The notes under the pieces are model-generated. The model had not been told where the DNA came from. It saw only the letters and a list, made by a program, of their open reading frames with translations, and made no database searches. From positions 248,001-312,000 of the IMG/VR virus record IMGVR_UViG_3300021137_000001: a DNA stretch of 64,000 nt; one strand, 5' to 3'. Below are positions 27,695 through 39,300 of this stretch, one piece after another (position 1 is the stretch's first letter; every line of letters begins with the position of its first letter). A program made the translations under genes and the position numbers.

Positions 27695-28648
27695 TTATGC
27701 AACTACCGGAGTGCCCCATTGAGATACCAAATATGTTGTTTCTGGGTAAACAATATCAACTCGATGATTAAGTGTTACACTTAACACTGCGTTAAGAGCA
27801 TGAGTTGGTGCGTTTAAATATAAGTTAAAAGAAACTACTGCACCTTTATCACCATGCGCCGATACATTTTGCGCACTTGATAGCATTTGAATTTGTGCGT
27901 AATCCGTAGTATATGCGGCAGTTGTACTTGTAACTTGTATAAGAGACACTGCGCCCGTTGTAAGTCCTTGATACCCAATTGTAGTCGAATTAGTATTAAG
28001 CGTACCCCCTGTGCCAGTACGTCCGCCATTTGATGCGTTACGGAATGCGGTCATACCACCGACATTAGTTACTAGTAATGTAGATACATCGACGCTACGT
28101 GCAGTAGCATTATTAGTCGATGATATTATAACAAGATTCAATTGCCCGCCTGCATTAAAAAAGTAACGTGCAGCATCACCACTGGCAAATGTTACTGTTC
28201 TAGTGGCAAATACTGCGGCATACGCCACACCTGTTGCTGCCGAAATTACTGGGGAAAATGTAGCACCAGTAGTAGTTGCGCCTTGTGCAGTAAATGTTGA
28301 ACTGTTGGTGTTAATTGTTGTAACTGCGGTATTTAATGCGGCGCTATATGTAGCGGTTGCGCCAGATGTAAGGGTTGGTACGGAGATAGCAGCGGCAGCC
28401 CCACTCTGATGTTGTACACATACATTAAGTGCTGTTAATAATCCGCTCCATTGTGTTGCTGTTACAATGCCTGCAGCCGATATAGTATTGAGATTAGTAA
28501 CTACTTGCCCATAGCCAACTGCTCCGGAACCAACACCGAGTACGTAGGCAATATTAACTGGCGAGGTAGTATAAGTGCCCTGTGTACCACCCCATGCTAA
28601 TGCATTAAAATCGGCTGCTTGAATTGTTCCAGTTGATGCGTATGACAT
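27695..28648 (-). CDS. virion structural / fibre-like protein, paralog B
   Basis: Thr/Ala/Ser/Gly-rich; AWGGTQGTY, AARYFFNAGG and VYPE.TYL shared with paralog A. Confidence 0.7.
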   Translation of the reverse strand: MSYASTGTIQAADFNALAWGGTQGTYTTSPVNIAYVLGVGSGAVGYGQVVTNLNTISAAGIVTATQWSGLLTALNVCVQHQSGAAAAISVPTLTSGATATYSAALNTAVTTINTNSSTFTAQGATTTGATFSPVISAATGVAYAAVFATRTVTFASGDAARYFFNAGGQLNLVIISSTNNATARSVDVSTLLVTNVGGMTAFRNASNGGRTGTGGTLNTNSTTIGYQGLTTGAVSLIQVTSTTAAYTTDYAQIQMLSSAQNVSAHGDKGAVVSFNLYLNAPTHALNAVLSVTLNHRVDIVYPETTYLVSQWGTPVVA

Positions 28649-28705
28649 TTTCTATTAATTCCTTTACTGCAATATAATAATTACTTATCTTCAATGCATT
28701 GCATT

Positions 28706-28775
28706 CATAAAAATAGGTAAGTGTTTATTCTTACCTATAGTGTACTACATTTATATTAGTATGTCAACTATTATG
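28706..28775. repeat. 70-bp direct repeat, copy 2 (same promoter plus hairpin)
   Basis: 68/70 identical to 27630-27699; -35 at 28762-67, -10 at 28739-44 (minus strand). Confidence 0.95.
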
Positions 28776-29727
28776 TAATTGACACTGTACCCCATGAGTT
28801 AGTTGTTAAGTAGGTTGATTCTGGATAAACAACATCAATCTGGAAGTTTAACGTAGCATTAATTGTGTCGTCCCATGCATGATCGGCAACTACATAGCCC
28901 AATCTAAAAGCAACACCATATCCAGCTGCACCGTTAGTAGTGTCGGGATTGAAGCCATAAACTTGTAAATATGAATAATTGGCAGTATATGCCGCAGTAG
29001 TGTCAGTTACTTGTACTAGTGTATTTGCCACGCCTTGTACATTATTTCTATATCCATATGCTGTATTATTTGTATTCTGTGTAAGGCCAGTACCGCTGCG
29101 CCCAGCATTTGTTGTTTGACGAAATTGTGTTATTCCGCCGACTGCATTAATTACACGTACAAAACTTTGGCTTGACAAAGATCCATTAAGATCAGTTGCA
29201 GAAACGCGAACATTTAAATAGCCGCCTGCATTAAAGAAGTAACGTGCAGCTTGTGCACCTGATGAAAAAGTCGCAAAGTGATCAGTATATGAGTTTACCC
29301 CTGTTGTACTACCGGCACCTATGTTTGTAGTTGCAAGCGAACCAGTAGTTGTAGCACCTTGCGCTGTATATAATGCAGAATTTGTGTTAATTGTTGTTAC
29401 AGCCGTTGCCACTGTACTAAAGTAAGTAATTTTATTACCAGCAGTAATAGTCGGGCTCACTGTTAATTGTGCGCCTGCGCCACTTTGATGACCCAACGCA
29501 GCATTTAATGTTGTTAACAACCCGCTCCACTGTACCGCAGTAACAGTACCTGCTGCTGCAACTGTGTTAATGGCAGTAACAGACTGGCCGTAGCCCACTG
29601 CGCCAGAACCAACTCCCATAACATAAGCAATGTTAGTTGGGCTTGCTGTGTAAGTACCTTGTGTACCACCCCATGCTAAGTTATTATAATCCGTTGCTTG
29701 TATTAAGCCAGCTGATGCGTATGACAT
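28771..29727 (-). CDS. virion structural / fibre-like protein, paralog A
   Basis: Aligns end to end with 27695-28648. Confidence 0.7.
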   Translation of the reverse strand: MSYASAGLIQATDYNNLAWGGTQGTYTASPTNIAYVMGVGSGAVGYGQSVTAINTVAAAGTVTAVQWSGLLTTLNAALGHQSGAGAQLTVSPTITAGNKITYFSTVATAVTTINTNSALYTAQGATTTGSLATTNIGAGSTTGVNSYTDHFATFSSGAQAARYFFNAGGYLNVRVSATDLNGSLSSQSFVRVINAVGGITQFRQTTNAGRSGTGLTQNTNNTAYGYRNNVQGVANTLVQVTDTTAAYTANYSYLQVYGFNPDTTNGAAGYGVAFRLGYVVADHAWDDTINATLNFQIDVVYPESTYLTTNSWGTVSIT

Positions 29728-29738
29728 ATTTGTTATCC

Positions 29739-31229
29739 TTAACTATTTAATTTAACTATTGCTTCAACAGTGCCTTCGCCCATTGATGTTTTATTTTCTA
29801 ACGCACGACCAATAACATTAAATGCTGTCATTTCGCTACGTGTTGCAGCTCGAGCTAAACCACGACCTGCACTTACTAACCTATCACCCTTTTTAACAGT
29901 ACCAATTACACGAACTGGCACACGACCATTGACTGCAACTGGTGGGTGAGTAACATCGTTACCTGCTCCACCGTTCATTAAGAAGCCTGCTTTCATACTT
30001 ATCACTCCAAACACTGCCTCGCTTAAATCCTGAACCACGGCAGTGATTTCTTTAAGTCCGCCAAGTTCAACAACTGTTCCTGGTGTATATGATGCGTCTG
30101 ATTCAAAGCGTTCCGCTAAGTCAGCGTATAATGAAGTAGTCGATGTACCAATTAAGTTACCGTAGAATGTAGAAGCAATTGCGTTAACTGCATATACGTT
30201 AGCAAATTTAGTACCAGTTGCACCAATGTTAATTGTATTTGGGCTGTTTGGTAAGATTGTGTTTGATGCAATAGTAATACCTTGATTTAATGTATAACCA
30301 GTTACTGTTAAGTTACCAGTAACACTTGCTGTACCTTGTGTAATAAAATTACCCGGTAATGTAACTGCTGAAGTAGTACCGTTAATACCAATTGCTTTAG
30401 TACTAACCCCACCCATCTTAACCCATAAGTTCAAGTCGCCGTTATTGAAACTGTTAGTTAAACTAACTGCTCCGCCAGTAGAAACAATAGTTAAATCACT
30501 ACTTACTACCAATCCACCATTTACTGAAAGTTGATAGTTAGTACTTGTATTTTGATCATTACGTAAGTACGAACCGCCAGTAACACCATTGACTGTTAGT
30601 GCGTTACTTGCATCGCCTGTAAATTGTGCGCCAGTAAGTGTACTTGAACTAATTAAGTTCATACCAGGTTTAACTGTTGTAAATCCTGCAATTGATGTTT
30701 GTGGAGTAAATGTACTATCTTTACTTAGAATAGCAATTACGCTATTTGAAATATAAAATTTAACAACAACGTGACTAATTGAACTACTATCTAAAATAGT
30801 TTCAACTACTGCACCACTTGTTCCCGATGTTGCAGTGTATGATGGGCCAATTGTTACCCACGCACTACCGCTCCATACTTTAAGTTGAGCATTATTAGTG
30901 TCCCACCATAAGTCACCAGTCACTGGGCTAGTCGGCGAACTGCTAGAAGCAGCAGAACTACTAATTGGTTTCCATCCTGCAGAACCACCAGCATAAACTT
31001 TCAATACATTATTAGTACTATCGTACCAAAGTTGACCAGTTAATGCAGCACTTGGTGCAGTTGTATTAGAAAAGTTTTCAAGCAACTTAATATAGTTTTC
31101 ATTTAAGAAAATACCATAACCTGCATAGTTTTTACCGATTAAAGTTAAACTAGTTGTTGTGGAATTGACTGTTCCGTCTGCTATAGTTGCGAGTGTAACA
31201 CCTGCTGTTGTAGTTATTGTATATGACAT
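29739..31229 (-). CDS. tail fibre-like protein with C-terminal peptidase G2-like intramolecular chaperone domain
   Basis: N-terminal GKNYAGYG..LNEN..KLLENF, G.LWWD repeats; C-terminal YADLAE..PGTVV..GG..GRVPVRV.G...KGD.LV. Confidence 0.7.
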   Translation of the reverse strand: MSYTITTTAGVTLATIADGTVNSTTTSLTLIGKNYAGYGIFLNENYIKLLENFSNTTAPSAALTGQLWYDSTNNVLKVYAGGSAGWKPISSSAASSSSPTSPVTGDLWWDTNNAQLKVWSGSAWVTIGPSYTATSGTSGAVVETILDSSSISHVVVKFYISNSVIAILSKDSTFTPQTSIAGFTTVKPGMNLISSSTLTGAQFTGDASNALTVNGVTGGSYLRNDQNTSTNYQLSVNGGLVVSSDLTIVSTGGAVSLTNSFNNGDLNLWVKMGGVSTKAIGINGTTSAVTLPGNFITQGTASVTGNLTVTGYTLNQGITIASNTILPNSPNTINIGATGTKFANVYAVNAIASTFYGNLIGTSTTSLYADLAERFESDASYTPGTVVELGGLKEITAVVQDLSEAVFGVISMKAGFLMNGGAGNDVTHPPVAVNGRVPVRVIGTVKKGDRLVSAGRGLARAATRSEMTAFNVIGRALENKTSMGEGTVEAIVKLNS

Positions 31230-31249
31230 TATTATTACCTATTATATGT

Positions 31250-31255
31250 TATTTA
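31250..31255 (-). promoter_or_regulatory. late promoter upstream of 31229
   Basis: TAAATA-ACA-TATAAT-AGG. Confidence 0.6.
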
Positions 31256-31261
31256 TCTGCA

Positions 31262-32659
31262 TTAAGCCGTACGTTGAAACCAAAAGTCGCCATCATGTGA
31301 ACCGCTATCGTTAACACCTGCTTGCGGAGCATCGACACTAACAATCTTAGCACTACCACCCCACCATTGTCCTGCTGTTCCTACATATTCAGTTGTTGCT
31401 ACCGCAGCATTGCCTGCACTTGTATAATCTTGTGATTGTGTCACTGCTACTGCGCCATTTCTTAAATTTAAACCGCTTGCACTTGCAGTTGCAACACTAG
31501 TGCCATCAATTACTAAATTGGCACTACCTGTATCTACATCAAGTATTTCCAAATAGCTGTTGCCTTGGTATATTTTATTCTTTAAGAATCCAGAGTTATT
31601 AACTACGTATTCTGTTGTTGCTACTGTAGTATTAACTGTGCCAGCAAGTTGTGTTGGTGCTGTTAAATCGCCTGAGTAAGAACCAGTGCCAATAACATTC
31701 AATGCACCAGTTACTGTCGCACCGGCACCTAGTAATAAGCCGCCCGATAGCGTCGCACTTAAAAGCGAAGCAGTACCAGTTGCGCCATCAATACCAAATG
31801 CCAATGTATTAACTCCACCTACTGCCGCATAAAAGTTAATATCGCCATTTGTAATATTATTTTTAACACTAACATCGCCTGCTGTGGTTGTTGTAATTTG
31901 TAAGTTACTAGTAAGTCCGACAGTAATGCCACCGTTATTAACAATAGCAAGTGTACCTGTACTACTATTGTTAATATCTGTACGTAAGTAGTTAGTTGCA
32001 ATAACGCCACCTAAGTAACTAGCATTGTTAGCAGTACCCCAAAACGTTTCGCCTGAATGTATGTTATAGCCTGTTTGAATAGTTGCGTAGCCAGCAATCG
32101 GAGTAAGTGGAGTAAATTCACTGTCTTGACTGATAATGCCAGAACGTGTTCCACCTACGTACATTGAGACAACATCATGCATAGCTGTCGTTGTATCTTC
32201 AATTCGTTCCCAAATTGCGCCTGCCTTGCCATATACTTTGCTCCATGTTGGACCAACTAATTGCCAACCAGCAAGTGCATATGGTGTAGTACCATCGTAT
32301 ACGTACAATTGATTAGCATAAGTATCCCACCAAATGTCGCCAGCAATTGTAGTTACTGGGGCACCAAGTGTACTGCTATTTTGTGCAGTTGCACTACTGA
32401 TGATTTTAAAATATGTGCCGGTATATACTTTCAATAAACTATCGGCTGTATCCCACCATAATTGTCCGCTCAGTGGATTACTTGGGGAAATGTCATACGC
32501 AAAGTTTTCAGTTAGTTTAACTAAGTCATCAGTCATTATCTGACCGTAGTTACTATAGTTACGACCAACTAATGTTAAACTAGTATGCGACGTATCCACT
32601 GTACCATCTAAAATAGTACCAAGTGTTGTTCCGTTTGTTTTTCTTATTATATACGACAT
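31262..32659 (-). CDS. tail fibre-like / structural protein, N-terminal paralog of 29739-31229
   Basis: GRNYSNYG....LVKLTENFA, GQLWWD, GDIWWD; TTEYV repeats. Confidence 0.7.
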   Translation of the reverse strand: MSYIIRKTNGTTLGTILDGTVDTSHTSLTLVGRNYSNYGQIMTDDLVKLTENFAYDISPSNPLSGQLWWDTADSLLKVYTGTYFKIISSATAQNSSTLGAPVTTIAGDIWWDTYANQLYVYDGTTPYALAGWQLVGPTWSKVYGKAGAIWERIEDTTTAMHDVVSMYVGGTRSGIISQDSEFTPLTPIAGYATIQTGYNIHSGETFWGTANNASYLGGVIATNYLRTDINNSSTGTLAIVNNGGITVGLTSNLQITTTTAGDVSVKNNITNGDINFYAAVGGVNTLAFGIDGATGTASLLSATLSGGLLLGAGATVTGALNVIGTGSYSGDLTAPTQLAGTVNTTVATTEYVVNNSGFLKNKIYQGNSYLEILDVDTGSANLVIDGTSVATASASGLNLRNGAVAVTQSQDYTSAGNAAVATTEYVGTAGQWWGGSAKIVSVDAPQAGVNDSGSHDGDFWFQRTA

Positions 32660-32672
32660 TGTCTTTTCCTAG

Positions 32673-33335
32673 TTATACTGTAGTGCTTAAATTAGTCAGT
32701 GTTTGTATGCGCACTGTGTAATCAATTTGTATTAGTCTGTTTAGCGATTTTTGCACTGGGCTAAAAATCACGTGTGTTAGTAGTTTACCGAGTCCTTCGC
32801 CTGATGCATTAAATCCTTTTAAACCCAATTCGTCAAATACAAATTGTCCGTTTAAGTCTTGACTGTTATCAAACACTGCTTGCCCATTTGGTTCGCCATA
32901 GTCTAATAGACAGCTTATAATAATATCACTATAAATTTGTCCCGGTACGTGGGTAATTGAAATTTTATTTCTTAGTGGGTCGCCGTTTGCAGCATTAGTA
33001 TCATCTACAATTTTGTAGTATTGCGGACTATATAAATCAGCATTTTGTACGTTTGTGTTTGTTGGCAAGTATGTAATAACACCAGTTGGATCAACTGTAG
33101 TTCCGCCATTACCAAAATGCATCTCAGTAATAAAATTATTACCTTTGTTGCCTAAACTTGTAGCAATTGCTTCACTCATATTTTCATAATGAATGGCATT
33201 GCGTTTGTTTACAAACACTTCTTTAGTCTCAGGGTCAAATATTTTAATATGCCCTTGCACACTGATTCCGCCGCGTTCATCGGGTTGTTTAGCTGGCTGT
33301 GGTTTAATTATTGATTCTTGCATTTTTTTATCCAT
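32673..33335 (-). CDS. virion structural protein (baseplate/tail associated)
   Basis: Position; NAIHYEN, FDELGL, LLTHVIF.PV.KSLNR.I.IDYT. Confidence 0.65.
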   Translation of the reverse strand: MDKKMQESIIKPQPAKQPDERGGISVQGHIKIFDPETKEVFVNKRNAIHYENMSEAIATSLGNKGNNFITEMHFGNGGTTVDPTGVITYLPTNTNVQNADLYSPQYYKIVDDTNAANGDPLRNKISITHVPGQIYSDIIISCLLDYGEPNGQAVFDNSQDLNGQFVFDELGLKGFNASGEGLGKLLTHVIFSPVQKSLNRLIQIDYTVRIQTLTNLSTTV

Positions 33336-33378
33336 ATACTTATTTATTTCATTCCTTTACGACTACTAACAGTTATAG

Positions 33379-33384
33379 TATTTA
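33379..33384 (-). promoter_or_regulatory. late promoter upstream of 33335
   Basis: TAAATA-C-TATAAC; further TAAATA at 33341-46. Confidence 0.6.
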
Positions 33385-33392
33385 CCGTATAT

Positions 33393-36300
33393 TTAAGGTG
33401 CAATTAATGTAGCTGTACTATTTTTTAAGAATAATACTTGCGGTGTTATTGCTCCATTAAATCCAGTTCCGTCTGTTGCTGTTGTTGCACCATGATTTTG
33501 CCATACATTTGCAGTAATTAGCGTTACATTTGCAGCAATAGTTACTGTACCCGCAGTGCCAACTAATCCAGCTTTTGTCATACTTAATGGATATACATTT
33601 CCTGTACTTGTTCCATTAATTATCAACGCAGATCCAACCGTTGGGTTAGTAGTTATAGTTACTGGGTATACTCTGCTATCAACTCCGTTAATTGCAATGT
33701 TTCCAGCGCCAGTTACTAATTTAGCCATACTATTATAGCTTACTGCTATAGTATTAATAGTTGCACTATCACGGGTTACATATAAGTTAGCGCCAGTTAA
33801 TCCCTGGGTTACGATATCACCAGTTACCACAGTAACATTGCCACTTAATTTTACATCATTTTCTAAATATCTAAATGGGTTCGTAGAATTTGATGTAACT
33901 AATACTATATTAGTTGATGTGTTGACACTAGATATTGTTGCGCTTGCACCTAATATTGATTGTGTAATAACATCACCGATATTAGCAGTAATTCTGCTTG
34001 ATAAATCAAGATAATATGACACAGTATCAGTGACCGAATATGTTGTAGTGCCTAATGTCATTGTACTGTTAGCAGTTGCATTCGGAACAAGTTGTGACGT
34101 ACTTGCATCAACTACACGCAATCCACTTACATGCATTAATGGAGTACTTGTTCCTTGTGTACCGCGACGTATTTGCCCTAATGTATTCGCAATTAAATTA
34201 ATTGTGTAATATGTTATTCGTTCACCATTGATAAACACTACGCCCGGAGTTGCACCAGCAAGATTAGGCACAGACAATAGACTTGCATTAGTTACAATAA
34301 TAGTTGTATCACCAATATGCAAATTAGCCGCAAGTGTTGTCGAATGTGCAGTCGCAATACGTAAATAACTTTCTTCACGCATCATGTTACTAAACATTCT
34401 GTATCCGATTACATCAACATTGCCATTGATTTTAGTATATACTTGCATATCTAATGTATCAAATACAATGCCCGGGACTAATTCTTCTGGAGCATGACTT
34501 GAATATGTATCAACATACGCACCACCAACAACATCAATATCTTCTGCACGTGTGCCAAGAGCTAAATCGGTGTAATTGCTTTGTATCAATGAATCAACTG
34601 TTGCGTCAGATAACATCGGCAAGCCATCTGCAGCATATTGAATGTTGTCAAACATACCATTATCAAATGGTGTTGCACCACTAAAGCCCGGAGCTTGTTC
34701 AAAACCAAGTCCTTGTACTTGTACACCCGGATAATCAATACCACGCAATAATTGTTTTAAATCTCTTGCTGGCATAGTTGCACCTGGTTCGTAGTAGCCA
34801 GTGATACGATCATTTGCATTAGTAAAGTTCGATGCATTATAAACAGTATAATCATTCGAAATAAACGTAGAACCAGTTGTTATATTTGCATTAACTGTAA
34901 ACGCTTGACGTTTTGCTCCGGCCAATGTACCGATATGAGTTATGATATCACCAGCAGTGTAAGATGTGTTTGCTGCCCATTCTTTAACTGAACTAGTGTA
35001 ACTAATTCTATCAAATTTCAGTGTTGTATCAAAGCTTCTAACTTGATTATTTTTAAGTACAGCATACGCAGTTGCTGGTGTTGTATTACTACCATTAAGA
35101 ACTACTGTTGGCGTTGTATAATATCCACTACCATTTTTAATCATATCAATTCTAATCACTGCACCGGTATCATAGTTAATAATTGCACGTGCTGTTGCAC
35201 CAGTACCAACACCAACGATAGTAACAATTGGTTCAGCAGTATAACCACTACCTGCATTTTCAACTAAAATACTCTCAACACGATGATTTCTATTTGCATA
35301 CCATTGATCGTATGGTGCAGTTTGCCATAGTGCTTCATCTTTGGCAACTTGCTCACCACTCGGACTACGGAATACTTTCATATCTGTATCATAATATGCT
35401 GGTAAATCAAAGTCAGTTACGCTACCAGCAAATTCATCTGTACTATTATAGCTAATTAAATATTCACGCAATTTAGTTGCGTACGGTTTAACTTCTGTAA
35501 TATAGTCTTGATAATAAGTTTGATTATCCTTAATATAGTTAGGGTATTGTACTAATGAACGCAATTGATGTATTACACTAATGAAACTAGTTTTAAATAT
35601 CCAATCAACATATTTTTGTTCATTGAATAGATAGTTAACCATTACAAAGAATAGTTTATTAAATTCGGCAGCTAGCTCGCCGATGAATATATCTTCTCTG
35701 AGTGCAGTAAGAATCGAACGTATTTCAATATTTGGGTTTTGGTCGAATCTCTTAGACGAAAATCCTTGATTGCCAAATCCTAATTCATTATCAGCAAAAT
35801 TGCCAATTGATGTATCTAGTTGCACAGTTCCGTTTTGTATTCCAACAACACTAAAACTAAGATTACTGTTTACAACAATTAAACTCCAGCCATGACTCCC
35901 GCCATTGCTTACTCTGACAAGTATTTCGTTGCCCGGAGCAACTGATAATTTTAATGCATCAACTAGTGTAGGTACAACATATGTAATTTGATCAGCGATG
36001 CTATATCCCGCTGCATACCAATCAACATAATGCCAGTATAAATTAGTTTTGTAACTTTGTACTCTACTAATTTCCCATGTTTTGCTCATTGATAATTCGT
36101 ACACTACCCATAAATTATCTTGTGTAGTATCTTGATCTACTAATACTTTATAACCTGTAGCCAATGTTACTGTATCGATATATGCTAGCTCTGCATCTGT
36201 TGCAATTTTTTGGTCGTATTCACCAAGTTTAGCACTAGGTTGTGGCTCTGATGAATTTAACATAGTTAAATCATATTCACGTGCAATAGGCTTAGTTATT

Positions 36301-39300
36301 AATACACTGTTAACATAATCCACTAAATTAGTTAATGCAGGCATTCTGTCAGAGAATACTGATTGACGTGGTCTAGTCCCTAGTCCAAATCTATCAGCTA
36401 AACTAAGTGTTGGGTCTGGCACCACTGCACCCATTATATCAACTCCAGCCAAACTATCAATTAATTTATTGATAATTTTAGGAGATATTATACTATCTGC
36501 ATTGCCTTTTTGTACCAATTCATATTCACTATGAATAATATTAGTATTCTTAATTGTATTGTAGTCAAGATGCAATATAGTATTTTGCGAAGATAGATAC
36601 GGACTCACATTGTATACCGCAAGTGCATTGTCCTGTATAATCGCTGCGTATGGTATGCCTTGATTTTTAGGATTAGCAATTATATCTTGTACAGCAACAA
36701 TAGGTAATTTTCTAGTAGAATTATTAGGATCTACTGTTGTTTTATTTTTAACCCAATAGTAGTACTTGATACTAATAATATTAGTAACTGGATCTACAAA
36801 AACAAGTTCAACATACGCACTATTATCTGCATATTTTGGTATGCCATCTGCACCACTAGCAACATACGCACTTGGTAATACAGTGCTTTCTACCCACTCC
36901 AATACTTCAACAGTTGAGCCCGGGAATAAACGACCCCAGTTAATACTGCGATATGTTAATGTATCTTGCTCATAATCAATATAGCTAAGTTGTGTTAAAT
37001 CCCACCACACGTTACCAAGTTGATTACTACTCCAATATATGCTGTTGTTTAAACTTACTGCACTATTAGTACCGCGATTATATACTGCTGGGTCAAATCC
37101 AGTTTTGTATGATATTTCTTGATCTGCACGTCCAAGTATTTTACCTTTTGCTGGATCGATAAATTCCAATGAAGATAAAATAGTATTTGATAAATTGCTG
37201 TATACGTATATTCTGTTAATAGCTTCTACATCTACGGTTGGTTGTTGATATCTAATTAAATTCCATCCACGTGTATGTAATGGGTTTTCAAATAGATATA
37301 CAGACCCTGCATCAGTAAGTATAGTATCGTCACTTGGTGCACTTGCTATTATATAACCACCAACAACATCAATTGCACTACCAAATTTGTCGCCTATGTT
37401 TAAATCACCGGTATTAAGTTGTTGACAGAATGCATAACGACCCGGATGAGTAAACGCATCGCGTGGGTCATCGTATAATTCATAAATGTATACGCTACCA
37501 CTACCAACAATACTATCAAATAAACTAGTAGAATTATTATCAAATGTTGTTGCATCAGTATCTATAATTGTATATGTACGTGTTGTACCGCGTTCACTTG
37601 ATATTACAAGCATATATGCATTTGATGCTAATATTACTTTGCTGCCAAAGTATTCGCCTGGGGTATGATATGGGTTAACAATAATCTGCATCTCAGCAAA
37701 TATTTTCATGCCTGCAGCAGCGTAAACACCAGTTGCTCCAGATGGTTGTCCAGATAAAATACGCAATCTATTTTTAGCAACTGTCTTATCACTTAATAAT
37801 AGTAAGTAGCCATTTTCATTTGCAGCAGTTACACCAAGCAAGTTAGCAGCGTTGATATCATATACTAACGAATCCAATGATGACATTAATACCGGCGCCA
37901 ATGTAATTGGGTCTATATGATCGACATGCAATGGTTGTACTTCGATAGAGAAGTTATCTAAACGAATTGTATTGCCCGGAGTAAACACTGGGTTGTGTAC
38001 GTAACCAATATTTGTACCGTATAATCTTCCTCTATTATGGAATTTAAATACTGCTCCGGTATTGTACGCTGTTCCACTATTATAATACGGAGCACCCACA
38101 TAAATTGCACAATTATTAGAACAGATAGTTAGTGCTGTACCAAATTGTGCTTGCGCAACTGGTGCATCACCAGTTAATACTTCAAGTAAATTAAATTGAT
38201 TTACTTCAACAAATATTATTTGCCCAACTGCTGGCGGAGTAATGAATCGAATTGTATTTGTTCCAACCACAAAATAATCAGTTGTTTCAATATTATCGAT
38301 TGTTACTCTATGTACTGGCCCGATATTACTATCAGTGATATAATCCGAAGTACCAGTACTATTAAATGCTTCAATTACTCTATCGTAAACATAAACAGCA
38401 CCTGCATTAGTTAATCCGTTACTTGAATCAAGCGGAGCACCAACGCCAAGTTGCGCACCGTCCCAGCTTGCATCTAACGCACTACCAAAGTTACTACTAG
38501 CATTACCTGTTAATGTAGTTACTCGTGTGTAGTATGGTTGTTGAACAATAGAAATATCATTTTGTACAATATTTGCCGCAAATGTAACCACGTTGCCCAA
38601 CACGGTGTAATCGATGTTTGGGATATATGTTTTATTAGACGTTGTAATTAACAATGAGTTTGCATCATCGGCAACGTCCGGTGTGAATACTGTGTTAAGT
38701 GTGTTAGTTATAGATAACGAGCTCGATGCTAGTGCATATTTTGTTGAATCAATTCCATCAACTAAAATAGTAGCAGTAATATTACCAACAATAATGTTTG
38801 TTAAGCTGCTAACTTTAAGTGCGGCCCAATTAGTAACAGATTCTAATAGTACCACACTAGCATCCGACGATGTTTGCGTAATAATCGCACCAGCATTGGC
38901 AGTAATGTTACCACTTAGTGTTAGTATGGTTTGATCGTTAACTGATATAATTGTTTGTTGTTTAGAAACAAATTTATTCAAGCCGTAAACATAAACTTTA
39001 TTATTACCCGGTGCGCCGATATATAACCATGTTCCGTGCTCGTCAAACGCAATACTTGAACCAAATCTGTCGCCTGATACTATGTTGCCTACAATGACCT
39101 GCGCTCTATTAAAGCTAGTTGTTGCTACTGGGTTGCTATAAACATAAACATAACCAGTATTACTATTTCCACCCGGTGCACCAACTGCTAATAAATTAGT
39201 TGCAAAATCTATACTATGTCCGTACTCTCGTGTGTTTGCCGCATCCGGAGATATAGTAAATTGTTGGGTGAATTCGCCAGTGTGTCCTTTGGCAAATGTA

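Larger units (their letters stand above)
27630..27699. repeat. 70-bp direct repeat, copy 1
   Basis: 68/70 identical to 28706-28775 (offset 1076; differences at 27680-81). Confidence 0.95.

Noticed and set aside
33347-33378. GTAAAGGAATG shared with the 62956 leader; ATG-AAA-TAA mini-ORF
   Set aside because: Explained by a common SD context; no hairpin similarity and poor SD spacing
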